From: an uncultured Eubacteriales bacterium
Lineage (GTDB): Bacteria; Bacillota; Clostridia; Oscillospirales; Acutalibacteraceae
Length of the DNA stretch: 64,000 bases
Assembly: GCA_964481575.1 (NCBI GenBank)
Contig: CAYZTR010000001.1
Location: 46,724 to 110,723, forward strand
Reading direction: 5' to 3'
Part shown: positions 17,470 through 27,674 of the stretch, piece after piece
Position numbering within the stretch: the first letter of the stretch is position 1
How the letters are laid out: every line of letters begins with the position of its first letter
The notes under the pieces: generated by a model
Databases searched by the model: none
What the model saw: the letters and a program-made list of their open reading frames with translations, nothing else
Told to the model about the DNA's origin: nothing
Made by a program: the position numbers and the translations under genes

Positions 17470-18543
17470 ATGTTTGATCAATTGGAACAGGTGGTATTGC
17501 GGTATCAGGAGATCGGGGATCTGCTGATGGATCCGGCAGTCATTGCTGACCAGACGCGATACACCGAGCTCATGAAGGAATACAAGAGCCTGACTCCTTT
17601 GGTAGAGGCGTATCAGGCTTATAAAGCCGCAGAAGAGGCTCAGGAGGAAGCACGGGACCTGCTGGAATCCGGCGGCACGGATAAAGAGTTGGAAGCCCTG
17701 GCAAAAGAGCAACTGGCCGAAGCCCGGCAGGAAATGGAAGCTCGCACCGAGGAACTGAAACTCCTGTTATTGCCGGGGGATCCCAATGATGAGAAAAATG
17801 TGATTGTGGAGATCCGGGCCGGCGCCGGCGGAGAGGAAGCCGCCCTGTTTGCCGGGAGCCTTTACCGGATGTATACTATGTATGCAGAGGTCCGCCGGTG
17901 GAAGGTGGAGCCGGTCAGCGCCAATGAAACCGGATTGGGTGGCTTCCGGGAAGTCAGCTTTCTGGTGGAAGGGGCGGGGGCTTACTCCCGCCTGAAATAT
18001 GAAAGCGGCGTTCACCGGGTGCAGCGGGTGCCGGAAACCGAAACCGGCGGCCGAATCCATACCTCTACCGTAACGGTGGCGGTGCTGCCGGAAGTGGAGG
18101 AGGTGGCGGTGGAGCTGAATCCTGCCGACCTGCAGATTGATACCTTCCGGTCTTCCGGCGCCGGCGGACAGCATATCAATAAAACCGATTCCGCCATCCG
18201 CATCACCCACTTGCCGACCGGGTTGGTGGTGGAGTGTCAGGATGAGCGAAGCCAATATAAAAATAAAGATAAGGCCATGAAGGTGTTACGTTCCCGGCTA
18301 TATGATATAGAGCTGGCCAAGCAGAACGCCCAGATTGCCAGTGATCGAAAGGCGCAGGTGGGAACGGGTGACCGCTCCGAGCGGATTCGCACCTACAATT
18401 TTCCGCAGGGTCGGGTCACGGATCATCGCATCGGACTAACGCTGTATAAAATTGAGCAAATCCTGAACGGTGATCTGGATGAGATCATTGACGGACTGAT
18501 TACCTTCTATCGGGCCGAGATGCTGCAGGCAGCCGGTGGCTGA
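17470..18543 (+). CDS. prfA: Peptide chain release factor 1
   Basis: GGQ motif ([24 protein letters not shown]), [26 protein letters not shown] and [15 protein letters not shown]. Confidence 0.95.
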   Translation: MFDQLEQVVLRYQEIGDLLMDPAVIADQTRYTELMKEYKSLTPLVEAYQAYKAAEEAQEEARDLLESGGTDKELEALAKEQLAEARQEMEARTEELKLLLLPGDPNDEKNVIVEIRAGAGGEEAALFAGSLYRMYTMYAEVRRWKVEPVSANETGLGGFREVSFLVEGAGAYSRLKYESGVHRVQRVPETETGGRIHTSTVTVAVLPEVEEVAVELNPADLQIDTFRSSGAGGQHINKTDSAIRITHLPTGLVVECQDERSQYKNKDKAMKVLRSRLYDIELAKQNAQIASDRKAQVGTGDRSERIRTYNFPQGRVTDHRIGLTLYKIEQILNGDLDEIIDGLITFYRAEMLQAAGG

Positions 18544-18572
18544 AGCCGCCGTTCTGTTATTTAGAAATCCAG

Positions 18573-19277
18573 GTGATGATTTTGCCACATAAGCGGAGAA
18601 AGGGCCCATCTAAATGGGAGCAAAAATTGAAAAAGATTCCCCCGTTGCGGCTAGTGGCCATTGCCGGGGTGACTTTGGCGGTGCTGTGCGCCGTTACGGT
18701 ATCCCTGGTGAATTTTATGACCCGAACATCCCGGGAATATCCGGCGGTATATCCGGAGGAGGTTCTGGGGGTTACAGTACATACTGCGCTATTGGAGGAT
18801 GGGCTGGAGGCCAATACCGGAATTCACCGGGAGATGAACACCGTCCAATACATCGTCATTCACGAAACGGCCAACACTTCGGACGGTGCAGATGCCGCCT
18901 GCCACAATACCTACTTGCAGAGTGGAGAAAGTGGTTCTACCGGTTGGCATTACACCGTGGATGATCATGAGATCTATCACAACCTGCCGGATGATGTGGT
19001 GGGGTATCATGCCGGGGATGGCTTGACCGAAAACGGCGGTAATCTGTGTGGCATTGGGATTGAGCTATGTGTCAACGCCGACGGAGATTATGAGGCTACC
19101 CTGGACAATGCTGCCAAACTGACGGCTTGGCTGTTGCGGGCCTATTATATGAATGTAAAACAGGTGAAGCAGCACGCCGATTTTATGGATAAAAACTGTC
19201 CTATGCTGCTCCGGGATCAGGGCCGTTGGGAGGAATTCCTGGGATTGGTGGAGCAATACTATAAGTGTATTCCTTGA
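18573..19277 (+). CDS. N-acetylmuramoyl-L-alanine amidase (amidase_2/PGRP fold), membrane anchored
   Basis: TM helix (LVAIAGVTLAVLCAV). Motifs are IVIHETAN, GWHYTVDD, GYHAGDG and HADFMDKNCP. Confidence 0.85.
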   Translation: MMILPHKRRKGPSKWEQKLKKIPPLRLVAIAGVTLAVLCAVTVSLVNFMTRTSREYPAVYPEEVLGVTVHTALLEDGLEANTGIHREMNTVQYIVIHETANTSDGADAACHNTYLQSGESGSTGWHYTVDDHEIYHNLPDDVVGYHAGDGLTENGGNLCGIGIELCVNADGDYEATLDNAAKLTAWLLRAYYMNVKQVKQHADFMDKNCPMLLRDQGRWEEFLGLVEQYYKCIP

Positions 19278-19333
19278 GACCGCTCTATCCGGAAATATCC
19301 AAGAAAGGCGGAGGGACTCCCTCCAAAGATGCT

Positions 19334-20359
19334 ATGAAAACGCAATTGATTCCAATTGAATCTGCCGCAGACAGGGCAGGTATTTCCCAGGCGGCGGCTT
19401 TGCTGCAGGCGGGCGGACGGGTGGCCATCCCCACCGAGACGGTCTACGGTTTGGCTGCTAATGCCCTGGACGGGGAGGCGGTGAAAGGTATTTTTGCCGC
19501 CAAGGGCCGTCCGGCGGATAATCCGCTGATTGTGCATATTGCAGCCCTGTCCCAGTGGGATGAGCTGGTGACGGAAATTCCCGATGCAGCCCGGCGGTTG
19601 GCGCAGGCCTATTGGCCCGGGCCGCTGACCATCATTTTGCCCAAAAGTCCCCAAATTCCGGATGCCGTATCCGGAGGCCTGCCTACCGTGGCGGTGCGGA
19701 TGCCTTCCCATCCGGTGGCTGCCGCCATCATTGAGGCTTGCGGTCTGCCTTTGGCAGCGCCTTCGGCCAATCGCAGCGGCCGTCCCAGTCCTACCGACTG
19801 GCAGCGCTGTCTGGAGGATCTGGATGGCCGGGTGGAAGGAATTGTCCAATCTTCACCCTGTCAGTTTGGGGTGGAGTCTACGGTGGTGACGCTGGCGGGA
19901 GTGCCCCCCCGATTGCTGCGTCCCGGCGCGGTGACACTGGAAATGTTGGAGCAGGTGCTTGGCCCAGTGGAGGTGGATGATTCTGTGCTCCACCAATTGC
20001 AGGAAGGCGCGCAGGCGTCCTCCCCCGGCATGAAGTATAAGCATTACGCCCCCAAGTGCCAGGTGATTCTGGTGGAGGGGACGGCGGAAGATTATGTTTC
20101 CTATGTAAATCAAAGGGCGAAGGGCGCCTTTGCCCTTTGTTTTGCCCAGGATGCACCCAAGCTAGTCTGCCCTACTGTAGTGTATGGCGGCGCGGGAGAC
20201 GACCTTTCCCAGGCCCGGGCTTTGTTTGATGCCTTGCGCCGTCTGGATGAGGAGGGAGCTGTTTTGGCCTATGCCCATGCACCGGAGAAAACCGGTGTGG
20301 GTTTGGCTGTGTATAACCGACTTATTCGGGCCTGCGGATTTCAGGTGGTGCAAGTATGA
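19334..20359 (+). CDS. tsaC: L-threonylcarbamoyladenylate synthase (Sua5/YwlC type)
   Basis: Motifs AIPTETVYGLAANA, KGRPADNPLIVHI and APSANRSGRPSPT, plus a C-terminal Sua5 domain. ATG 19334 lies within track ORF 19265..20359. Confidence 0.9.
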   Translation: MKTQLIPIESAADRAGISQAAALLQAGGRVAIPTETVYGLAANALDGEAVKGIFAAKGRPADNPLIVHIAALSQWDELVTEIPDAARRLAQAYWPGPLTIILPKSPQIPDAVSGGLPTVAVRMPSHPVAAAIIEACGLPLAAPSANRSGRPSPTDWQRCLEDLDGRVEGIVQSSPCQFGVESTVVTLAGVPPRLLRPGAVTLEMLEQVLGPVEVDDSVLHQLQEGAQASSPGMKYKHYAPKCQVILVEGTAEDYVSYVNQRAKGAFALCFAQDAPKLVCPTVVYGGAGDDLSQARALFDALRRLDEEGAVLAYAHAPEKTGVGLAVYNRLIRACGFQVVQV

Positions 20360-20946
20360 AGCAGTTTGTTGTTGGATTGACTGGTCCCACCGGCAGCGGG
20401 AAATCTTCGGTGGCGGCTCTGTTTGCTGCCGCCGGATATACCGTGCTGGACTGTGACAAGATCGCCCGGCGAGTGACCCAACCGGGGCGGCCGGTACTGC
20501 CCAGGCTGGCAGCCCGATTTGGGGCAGATATTCTGGAGGACGGAGTGCTGAACCGGCGGCTGCTGGCGGCCCGGGCCTTTTGCGACCCGGCGGAAACCAA
20601 GGCGTTGAACGATTGTATTTTCCCGGATATTTGTGCGGAAATGGAAGCGGACATTGGCCGGGCAGGTTCTTTCGTTCTGTTGGATGCGCCTACCTTGTTT
20701 GAGGCTGGCGCGGAAACTATGTGCCATACTGTGGTGGGTGTGTTGGCCGACCCGGCGGTACGTCTGGCCCGGATTATGGCCCGGGACGGCATGGAGGAAG
20801 ACGTCGCAAGGGTACGGATGTCTGCCGGAAAGCCGGATGATTATTATTTGACCCGTTGCCAGCATATCCTATATAATAACGGAGACCGGGCTGCTCTGGA
20901 GCGGGCGGTGCAGAACCTGCTGCGTGGGTTTCCCGGGGCCCAGTAA
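20356..20946 (+). CDS. coaE: Dephospho-CoA kinase
   Basis: P-loop GLTGPTGSGKSS, LDCDKIAR and LLDAPTLFEAG. The start overlaps the tsaC stop. Confidence 0.9.
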   Translation: MKQFVVGLTGPTGSGKSSVAALFAAAGYTVLDCDKIARRVTQPGRPVLPRLAARFGADILEDGVLNRRLLAARAFCDPAETKALNDCIFPDICAEMEADIGRAGSFVLLDAPTLFEAGAETMCHTVVGVLADPAVRLARIMARDGMEEDVARVRMSAGKPDDYYLTRCQHILYNNGDRAALERAVQNLLRGFPGAQ

Positions 20947-20996
20947 TTTTAGTGGAACCGCCGAGATTTTTTTCGGCTGCCGGAAATGGGTGTATC

Positions 20997-21560
20997 ATGT
21001 TTCGATTTTTGAGGAAAATACTAGCGGGTTTGTTGGTGCTGATTCTGGTGTTGGCCGCAGCGGCCTTTACGGCTGACAAGGTGATCCATGCCCTATACCC
21101 TTTGGAATATAGCGAATATGTGGAGACATATGCCGCTGAGTACGGGGTGGATCCTTACCTGGTCTATGCCGTCATCAAATGCGAAAGCGGCTATGATACC
21201 CAAGCAGTTTCCAGCGCTGACGCCAAGGGGTTGATGCAGTTGACTGACGATACCTTTCGCTGGGTCATGACCAAAACCGGGGAAACAGATTTGGAGGTTG
21301 ACGATTTGTTTGACCCTCAGATTAACATCCGGTATGGAGTTAAGCTGCTATCCCTGCATTTGCAGGAGTTCGGCGGACAGGATACCGCCATGGCCGCCTA
21401 TCATGCCGGCCGCACCACAGTGACCAACTGGTTGAAAAATCCCGCCTATTCTGCCAATGGAGATACCCTGGACGTAATTCCGTATCAGGAGACGGCCTCC
21501 TATGTGGAGCGGGTAGAACGAACCAAAGAAGTATATAAACACCTGTATAGAAAGGATTGA
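20997..21560 (+). CDS. Lytic transglycosylase (SLT domain), membrane anchored
   Basis: TM helix (ILAGLLVLILVLAAAAF). Motifs are IKCESGYD..SSADAKGLMQLT and AYHAG. Confidence 0.85.
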   Translation: MFRFLRKILAGLLVLILVLAAAAFTADKVIHALYPLEYSEYVETYAAEYGVDPYLVYAVIKCESGYDTQAVSSADAKGLMQLTDDTFRWVMTKTGETDLEVDDLFDPQINIRYGVKLLSLHLQEFGGQDTAMAAYHAGRTTVTNWLKNPAYSANGDTLDVIPYQETASYVERVERTKEVYKHLYRKD

Positions 21561-21565
21561 TTCAC

Positions 21566-22963
21566 ATGGAAGAAAAAAGAAAAAGTGAACAGCTGAAGGA
21601 GCAGCTGTTTTACAAGAACCAAAACGGCTACCAGGTGGCCGATGATGCTACCGTGGCCGCGGCCGAGAACTTTTGTGTCGGGTATAAGGATTTTCTGAAT
21701 CATGGCAAGACCGAGCGGGAGGCGGTGGTTACCGCCATCACTCTGGCCGAGGCTCGTGGCTTCCGGCCTTTTGATCCCAACGGAACTTACGCGCCCGGAG
21801 ATAAAATTTATTATAATAACCGGGGAAAATCGGTGATTTTTGCAGTGATTGGCACCGAGCCGCTGGAGCGGGGAGTCAACATTGCCGCCGCACATATTGA
21901 TTCTCCCCGCCTGGATTTGAAGCCCAACCCCCTGTATGAAAATCAGGAGCTGGCCTACTTCAAGACCCACTATTACGGCGGAATCAAGAAATATCAGTGG
22001 ACAGCTCTGCCCATGGCTCTCCATGGCGTAGTGGTCAAGGCAGACGGTACCCAAATCAGCGTTTGCATTGGCGAGGAGGAGAACGAGCCCTGCTTCATGG
22101 TCACCGATCTGCTGCCCCATCTGGCCACTGAGCAGAGCAAACGCACCCTGTCTGATGGTATCCGGGGGGAGGAACTGAATCTTCTCATTGGTAGCCGCCC
22201 CTTTAAAGACGATCAGGGCAGTGATCTGACCAAGCTGCATATTTTGGAGCTGCTGTTTGAAAAGTACGGCATGACCGAGGGGGATTTCCTTTCTGCAGAG
22301 CTGACCTGTGTCCCCGCCATGAAGGCCCGGGATCTGGGGCTGGACGGCTCCATGATTGCCGCTTATGGCCATGACGATAAGGTCTGCGCCTATCCAGCGT
22401 TGATGGCTGTTCTGGATGTGGCGTATCCCACCCGGACGGCGGTTACTGTTCTGGCGGATAAGGAGGAGATCGGCTCCGAGGGGAATACCGGCATGCAGTC
22501 CAACTTCCTGCCTTATTTTATCAATGACCTTGCCAAGGCCCAAGGGACAGAGGGCTACCGGGTGCTGTCCCATTCCCGTTGCCTGTCGGCAGATGTGAAT
22601 GCGGCCTATGACCCCACCTTTGCCGATGTCTATGAGCTGCGGAATTCCGCCTTCCTGAATCATGGGGCGGTGATTACCAAATACACCGGTTCCCGGGGTA
22701 AAGGTGGCACCAATGACGCCTCCGCCGAGTATGTTGGGGAGATTCGTGCTATGCTCAATAAGGCCGGCATCCTCTGGCAAATCGGCGAGCTGGGAAAGGT
22801 AGATGGCGGCGGCGGCGGAACCGTAGCCATGTATATCGCCAATCTGAACGTGGATACGGTGGATCTGGGCGTGCCGGTGCTATCCATGCACGCGCCTTAC
22901 GAGATCGTATCTAAGTTGGATGTTTATATGACCTATTTGACCATTTTGGAGCTATATAAGTAA
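21566..22963 (+). CDS. M18 family aminopeptidase
   Basis: 465-aa protein with AAHIDSPRLDLKP, YGHDDKVC, DKEEIGSEG and SMHAPYE, characteristic of the M18 family. Confidence 0.85.
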   Translation: MEEKRKSEQLKEQLFYKNQNGYQVADDATVAAAENFCVGYKDFLNHGKTEREAVVTAITLAEARGFRPFDPNGTYAPGDKIYYNNRGKSVIFAVIGTEPLERGVNIAAAHIDSPRLDLKPNPLYENQELAYFKTHYYGGIKKYQWTALPMALHGVVVKADGTQISVCIGEEENEPCFMVTDLLPHLATEQSKRTLSDGIRGEELNLLIGSRPFKDDQGSDLTKLHILELLFEKYGMTEGDFLSAELTCVPAMKARDLGLDGSMIAAYGHDDKVCAYPALMAVLDVAYPTRTAVTVLADKEEIGSEGNTGMQSNFLPYFINDLAKAQGTEGYRVLSHSRCLSADVNAAYDPTFADVYELRNSAFLNHGAVITKYTGSRGKGGTNDASAEYVGEIRAMLNKAGILWQIGELGKVDGGGGGTVAMYIANLNVDTVDLGVPVLSMHAPYEIVSKLDVYMTYLTILELYK

Positions 22964-22977
22964 GGGAGGCATCGCCG

Positions 22978-24294
22978 GTGGGACTGCTGGAGGAACAACA
23001 ACAGTATATTGCCGCCGGCCTGTCCCGTTTTCATACCCCCGGCCACAGCGGGAAAGCGGCGGCGCTGTCTACCCTGGGGTCGGTGTTGCCCTACGATGTC
23101 ACTGAAGTGGGCCGGTTTGACAGCCTATATACCGCAGACGGCGTGCTGCGGGAGCTGGAGGAGCGGGCGGCCGGTATTTTCTGGGTGGGGCAGTCTTTTC
23201 TGTCTGCCGGAGGCTGCACCCTGGCCATCCAGACAATGCTGGCCTTGTATGTGCCGATGGGCGGCAAGGTGGCCATGGGGCGGAATGCCCACCGTTCGGC
23301 CCTGTCTACAGCGGCTTTGTTGGATCTGCATCCGGTCTGGCTCTATCCGGAACCGGGCGGGGTGGTGTCTCCAGCCGCTGTATCGGAAGCACTGGCAGCC
23401 CACCCGGATCTGGCGGCGGTTTACCTGACCTCCCCGAATTATTACGGTCAGCTCTGCGATATTGCCGCCATTGCAGGGATTTGTCATGCCGCAGGGGTTC
23501 CCCTGCTGGTAGACAATGCCCACGGATCCCACCTGGGCTTTTTGCCGGAGGATCTGCATCCGGTGCATCTGGGGGCCGACTGCGCGGCCGATTCGGTGCA
23601 TAAGACCCTACCGGTGCTCACCGGCGGCGCCCTGCTTCAATGCCGGACGCCTCGCGATCCTGCACAGGTCAAGGCCGCTATGAATTTGTTTGGTTCTACC
23701 AGCCCATCCTATTTGATTCTTTCCAGTATAGAGCAGGCGCTGGACTGGCTGGAGCGGCAGGGAAGGGAAGCCTTTGCCCGGCTGGAGAGTCGGGTGGCCG
23801 CCCTGCGTGGGCTGGCGGCCGAGATGACCCTGTTAACCCCGCTGTCTGCCGGGTGCGATCCGGTGCGGCTGACCCTGTCTTCCCGGGGTACAGATGTTAC
23901 CGGGGAACAGGTGGCCGCCCGATTTGCGGCAGCCGGCGCCATGGCCGAATTTGCGGACCGAACCCATACGGTCTTTATCCTGACCCCTTTTCACGAAGAA
24001 GGGGACTTTGCCACCCTGGAAAAGGGACTGGCGGCTTGTCGGGATTTGCGGGCCTGCCCTGCCGACTCGCTGTCATTGCCCCAGCCGGCCCCGCCAGTTT
24101 GTTCGGTGCGGCAGGCGGTATTTGCGCCTTCTCTGCGCCTGCCGGTGGAAGAGACACTGGGACGCATTGCTGCGGAGGTGGCCTGCCCCTGCCCGCCCGG
24201 TATACCGGTATTGATCCCCGGAGAGGAGATTGGCCCGGCTGCGCTGCGACTGCTGCAGGCGGGCGGTATTACTTCCCTGCAAGTGATGCGGTAA
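22978..24294 (+). CDS. Orn/Lys/Arg decarboxylase-family PLP enzyme (YaaO-like)
   Basis: FHTPGHSG, PLP-lysine region DSVHKTLPVLTGGALL and VDNAHGSH. GTG start 22978 follows GGGAGG. Confidence 0.85.
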   Translation: MGLLEEQQQYIAAGLSRFHTPGHSGKAAALSTLGSVLPYDVTEVGRFDSLYTADGVLRELEERAAGIFWVGQSFLSAGGCTLAIQTMLALYVPMGGKVAMGRNAHRSALSTAALLDLHPVWLYPEPGGVVSPAAVSEALAAHPDLAAVYLTSPNYYGQLCDIAAIAGICHAAGVPLLVDNAHGSHLGFLPEDLHPVHLGADCAADSVHKTLPVLTGGALLQCRTPRDPAQVKAAMNLFGSTSPSYLILSSIEQALDWLERQGREAFARLESRVAALRGLAAEMTLLTPLSAGCDPVRLTLSSRGTDVTGEQVAARFAAAGAMAEFADRTHTVFILTPFHEEGDFATLEKGLAACRDLRACPADSLSLPQPAPPVCSVRQAVFAPSLRLPVEETLGRIAAEVACPCPPGIPVLIPGEEIGPAALRLLQAGGITSLQVMR

Positions 24295-24330
24295 ATTATC
24301 TGGTTGCGCTGCAACCCAGGAGGAATACAT

Positions 24331-24648
24331 ATGAAACTAATCTTTGCCATCGCTAATGCCGAGGACGGGGCCGCTGTCCAGTCCGCCCTGACCAGTGCGG
24401 GGCATATGGTCACCAAGCTGTCATCCACCGGCGGATTTCTGCGCCAGAAGAATCTGACTCTGATGATCGGCGTGGAGGACAGCGAGCTGGATGAGGTGCT
24501 GTCCCTCATCAGTCGGTATTGCAAGAAGCGGTCCCAGCATGTGCCGGCCAGTGACCTGTATGGAGACTATGCCGGGCCGGAAATGACCGTCACCGCCGGG
24601 GGTGCCACGGTGTTTGTCACCGATGTGGAGCGGTTTGAAAAGCTATGA
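24331..24648 (+). CDS. darA: Cyclic-di-AMP receptor DarA/PstA (PII-like, DUF970)
   Basis: MKLIFAIANAEDGAAVQSALTSAGHMVTKLSSTGGFLRQKNLTLMIGVED. It precedes holB, as B. subtilis yaaQ does. Confidence 0.85.
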   Translation: MKLIFAIANAEDGAAVQSALTSAGHMVTKLSSTGGFLRQKNLTLMIGVEDSELDEVLSLISRYCKKRSQHVPASDLYGDYAGPEMTVTAGGATVFVTDVERFEKL

Positions 24649-25607
24649 GACTGTCGGAATTTGCGGGCAACGCCCATATTAAAGCCGTCCTGTCCGGCAT
24701 GCTGTCCACCGGCCGATTGCCCCATGCCATTGTGCTGGAGGGGGAGCCGGGATTGGGAAAGCATACCTTGGCAGGGATGATCACCGCCGGCGCCCTGTGT
24801 ACCGGAGAGACGCATCCCTGCGGCAGCTGCACCAACTGCCGCTTGGCCTTTGCCGGTACCCATCCGGATGTGACGGTGGTGGAGCCAGACAAGGGCAGCA
24901 TTAAGGTGGACGCCATCCGCGATCTGCGGCAGGATGCCTATGTGAAGCCAAATCAGGCGCCTCGTCGGGTTTTTCTGCTGGATGGCGCGGATAAAATGAA
25001 CGAGGCAGCCCAGAATGCCTTGCTGAAGGTGCTGGAGGAACCACCGGCTTACGCTCTGTTTTTGCTGCTGGCTGAATCGGCAGCGGCTTTGCTGCCAACG
25101 ATCCGTTCCCGTAGTATTGTTTTTTCCCTGGCGCCTCTGGATTCCGCCACTGCAGTGCAGGTGGTTTCCGGACTGACGGCAAACCATTCCCAGGAGGAAG
25201 TGGAAGCCGCCGTTGCATCGGCATCGGGGAACGTGGGCTTTGCCCTGCGGCTGTTGGAAGCTGGCAACGCGGATTATGCCTATTTGGATCGGCTGCTGAC
25301 GGCGGTGGAGTCGGGAACTGAGTTTGACCTGCTGACAGTGCTGAAGGAGTTGGACGGTAAAGGAGGTCGCCCTCATGTGGAGGCGATTCTGGCTCAGTTA
25401 ATTACCCGGTTGCAGCGGCTGACAGCTGCAAAGGCCGGAAACCGCCCGTTGCCGGCCGGTACTCCCGGTCGAACTCTGACCCTGCGAAAATTGCTGCAGT
25501 TGGAGGCAGCGGCCGAAGAGGCCCGGCGGCAAAATGCTGCCAATGCCAATATGGCGTTGCTTTTAGCAAATTTATGTGCTTGCTTTCAGGGGAAAACAGA
25601 TGTATAA
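24645..25607 (+). CDS. holB: DNA polymerase III delta' subunit
   Basis: LPHAIVLEGEPGLGK, Zn module CGSCTNC, HPDVTVVEP, LLKVLEEPP and TIRSR. Confidence 0.9.
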   Translation: MRLSEFAGNAHIKAVLSGMLSTGRLPHAIVLEGEPGLGKHTLAGMITAGALCTGETHPCGSCTNCRLAFAGTHPDVTVVEPDKGSIKVDAIRDLRQDAYVKPNQAPRRVFLLDGADKMNEAAQNALLKVLEEPPAYALFLLLAESAAALLPTIRSRSIVFSLAPLDSATAVQVVSGLTANHSQEEVEAAVASASGNVGFALRLLEAGNADYAYLDRLLTAVESGTEFDLLTVLKELDGKGGRPHVEAILAQLITRLQRLTAAKAGNRPLPAGTPGRTLTLRKLLQLEAAAEEARRQNAANANMALLLANLCACFQGKTDV

Positions 25608-25675
25608 TAGGATTGCGGTCATGGATCGCTGTGCTTTTTTGAAGATCACTGCCGGATTTCGGCATGGAGGAACCT

Positions 25676-26551
25676 ATGGCTACAGTAATTGGAGTGAAAT
25701 TTAAAGAGTCCGGCCGGGTCTATTATTTTGACCCGCAGGATAAGGTCCCGCAGCTGGGGACTTATGTGGTGGTGGAGACCGCCCGGGGCGCCGAGTGCGG
25801 CATTGTAACCCAGGAGCGGCATCAGGTGGAGGATGCGCAAATCGTGAAGCCCTTGAAAAAGATGCTTCGTATCGCCACCGATGCCGATAAACGCAGGGCG
25901 GAGGAAAACCGGAAGAAGGAAGCTGAAGCTGCCAAAATTGCCGAAAAGAAGATTGCTGCCCACCATCTGGATATGAAGCTGGTGGATGTGGAATATGCCT
26001 TTGACCGGAATAAGATTCTGTTTTATTTTACGGCCGACGGCCGGGTGGATTTCCGGGAACTGGTCAAGGATTTGGCTGGTATTTTCCATACCCGCATTGA
26101 ACTGCGGCAGATCGGCGTCCGGGACGAGGCCAAGATGTTGGGCGGCTTGGGTATTTGCGGCCAGCCCTTCTGCTGTTCCCGTTTTCTGGATGATTTCCAG
26201 CCGGTGTCCATCAAGATGGCCAAAGAGCAGGGGCTTTCCCTGAATCCCACCAAGATTTCCGGTTCCTGTGGCCGGCTGATGTGCTGTTTGAAATATGAGC
26301 AGGATGCCTATGAGTATCTCAACCGTATTACGCCCCGCACCAGTAGTGTCGTGGAGACGGCAGAGGGATCTGGGACGGTTGTGGACGCCAATCCTTTAAC
26401 CGGCATGCTTAAGGTGCGTATCGGGGAGGGGGATGAAGGAGAGGTTAAGTCTTTCCGCCGCCAGGATGTGCAATTTACCCCTCGCAGCCGTGGAAAATCC
26501 GGCCAGAAATCCCAGCAAAATGCAGAAGTTCCACAAAAAAACAAGGAATAA
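25676..26551 (+). CDS. ricT: PSP1-domain protein RicT/YaaT
   Basis: VIGVKFKESGRVYYFDP.., FTADGRVDFRELVKDLAGIFHTRIELRQIG and CGRLMCCLKYE. Confidence 0.9.
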   Translation: MATVIGVKFKESGRVYYFDPQDKVPQLGTYVVVETARGAECGIVTQERHQVEDAQIVKPLKKMLRIATDADKRRAEENRKKEAEAAKIAEKKIAAHHLDMKLVDVEYAFDRNKILFYFTADGRVDFRELVKDLAGIFHTRIELRQIGVRDEAKMLGGLGICGQPFCCSRFLDDFQPVSIKMAKEQGLSLNPTKISGSCGRLMCCLKYEQDAYEYLNRITPRTSSVVETAEGSGTVVDANPLTGMLKVRIGEGDEGEVKSFRRQDVQFTPRSRGKSGQKSQQNAEVPQKNKE

Positions 26552-26614
26552 GGGTTGCATTTTCCCTGAAGATTTGGTAGAATAAATGAAACCATGATAA
26601 TGGAGGTGGCACAA

Positions 26615-26785
26615 ATGGCATACAAAATTTCTGATGATTGCATCAGCTGTGGTGCTTGCGAGGCTACTTGCCCCGTTGGCGCTCCCAAGGAAGCTGACGG
26701 TAAGTACGAGATCGACGCTGACACCTGCATCAGCTGTGGCGCTTGCGCCGAGGGTTGCCCGGTTAGCGCAATTTCTGAGGACTAA
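26615..26785 (+). CDS. 2x[4Fe-4S] ferredoxin
   Basis: 56 aa with two CxxCxxCxxxCP motifs ([24 protein letters not shown]). ATG follows GGAGGTGG. Confidence 0.9.
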   Translation: MAYKISDDCISCGACEATCPVGAPKEADGKYEIDADTCISCGACAEGCPVSAISED

Positions 26786-26802
26786 TTAAGTCGGTACATC
26801 AA

Positions 26803-26840
26803 GGGCGGAGTTGTCTTTTGGCCACTCCGCCTTTCTTTTT
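26803..26840 (+). terminator. Intrinsic terminator after the ferredoxin gene
   Basis: GGCGGAGT..ACTCCGCC hairpin followed by TTTCTTTTT. Confidence 0.8.
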
Positions 26841-26884
26841 GTCATTGGCGAAACGGCGGTGTTTCACCAGAGGAGGCGGAAGGT

Positions 26885-27664
26885 TTGAAAGTGGAAGGAG
26901 CGCGGTTGGAGCCATTGGGCGGCGGCCTGCAGATTTATCAGACAGCGGCCTACCGGTTTGGTACCGACGCGGTGCTGCTGGCCCACTTTGCCCGGGCAGA
27001 TCAGGTAGAGCGGGCGTTGGATTTGGGTACCGGATGCGGAATTATCCCGCTGCTGCTCTGTAAAGCGTCCCGCCCGGCCCGGATTGTGGGGCTGGAGATT
27101 CAGCAGGAGGCTTGCTATCTGGCGGAGAGATCGGTCCAGGTGTCCGGTGTGGCAGATCGGGTGGAGATCCGGCAGGGTGATCTGCGGCAGATCCGCACTC
27201 AGTTTTCTGCTGAATCCTTCCCGCTGGTGCTTTGCAATCCGCCTTATCGCTCGGTCGGCGGCGGGATTCAAAACCCTGATGCGGCCCGGGCCATAGCCCG
27301 GCATGAGATTACCTGTACCCTGGAGGATATAGCTGCCGCCGCCGCTTGGCTGCTGCCCACCGGTGGGCGGCTGTGTCTATGTCAACGGCCGGAGCGGCTA
27401 TGCGACGCCATGATGTATCTGCGGGCTGCCGGATTGGAGCCCAAGCGGCTGCGGCTGGTTTGCCAACGGCTGGGGGCGGAACCCTGGTTGTTTTTGCTGG
27501 AAGCCAAGCGGGGCGCTAAGCCTGGCCTGCGGGTGCCTCCCACCTTGTATCTGGAGGCGGACGGTATGCCTTCCCCTGAACTGGAGGCCATTTACGGTGA
27601 CTACCGGGAAAACGCCGGATCTGCCCGGCGGGGCGGAACTTTGCCCAAAAGCAGAACCAAATAG
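26885..27664 (+). CDS. tRNA (adenine37-N6)-methyltransferase-like SAM MTase (YabB/TrmN6 family)
   Basis: YRFGTDAVLLA, DLGTGCGIIPL and an NPPY motif (LCNPPYRS). Its position before rsmI matches B. subtilis yabB. The start (TTG 26885 or GTG 26891) is uncertain. Confidence 0.8.
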   Translation: MKVEGARLEPLGGGLQIYQTAAYRFGTDAVLLAHFARADQVERALDLGTGCGIIPLLLCKASRPARIVGLEIQQEACYLAERSVQVSGVADRVEIRQGDLRQIRTQFSAESFPLVLCNPPYRSVGGGIQNPDAARAIARHEITCTLEDIAAAAAWLLPTGGRLCLCQRPERLCDAMMYLRAAGLEPKRLRLVCQRLGAEPWLFLLEAKRGAKPGLRVPPTLYLEADGMPSPELEAIYGDYRENAGSARRGGTLPKSRTK

Positions 27665-27674
27665 GAGGTACGGT

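Noticed and set aside
23640-24356. 238-aa alternative-frame ORF inside the decarboxylase gene (and 23991..24524 on the minus strand)
   Set aside because: They overlap a gene with clear PLP-enzyme motifs, and their Arg/Gly/Pro-rich products are typical of off-frame translation.
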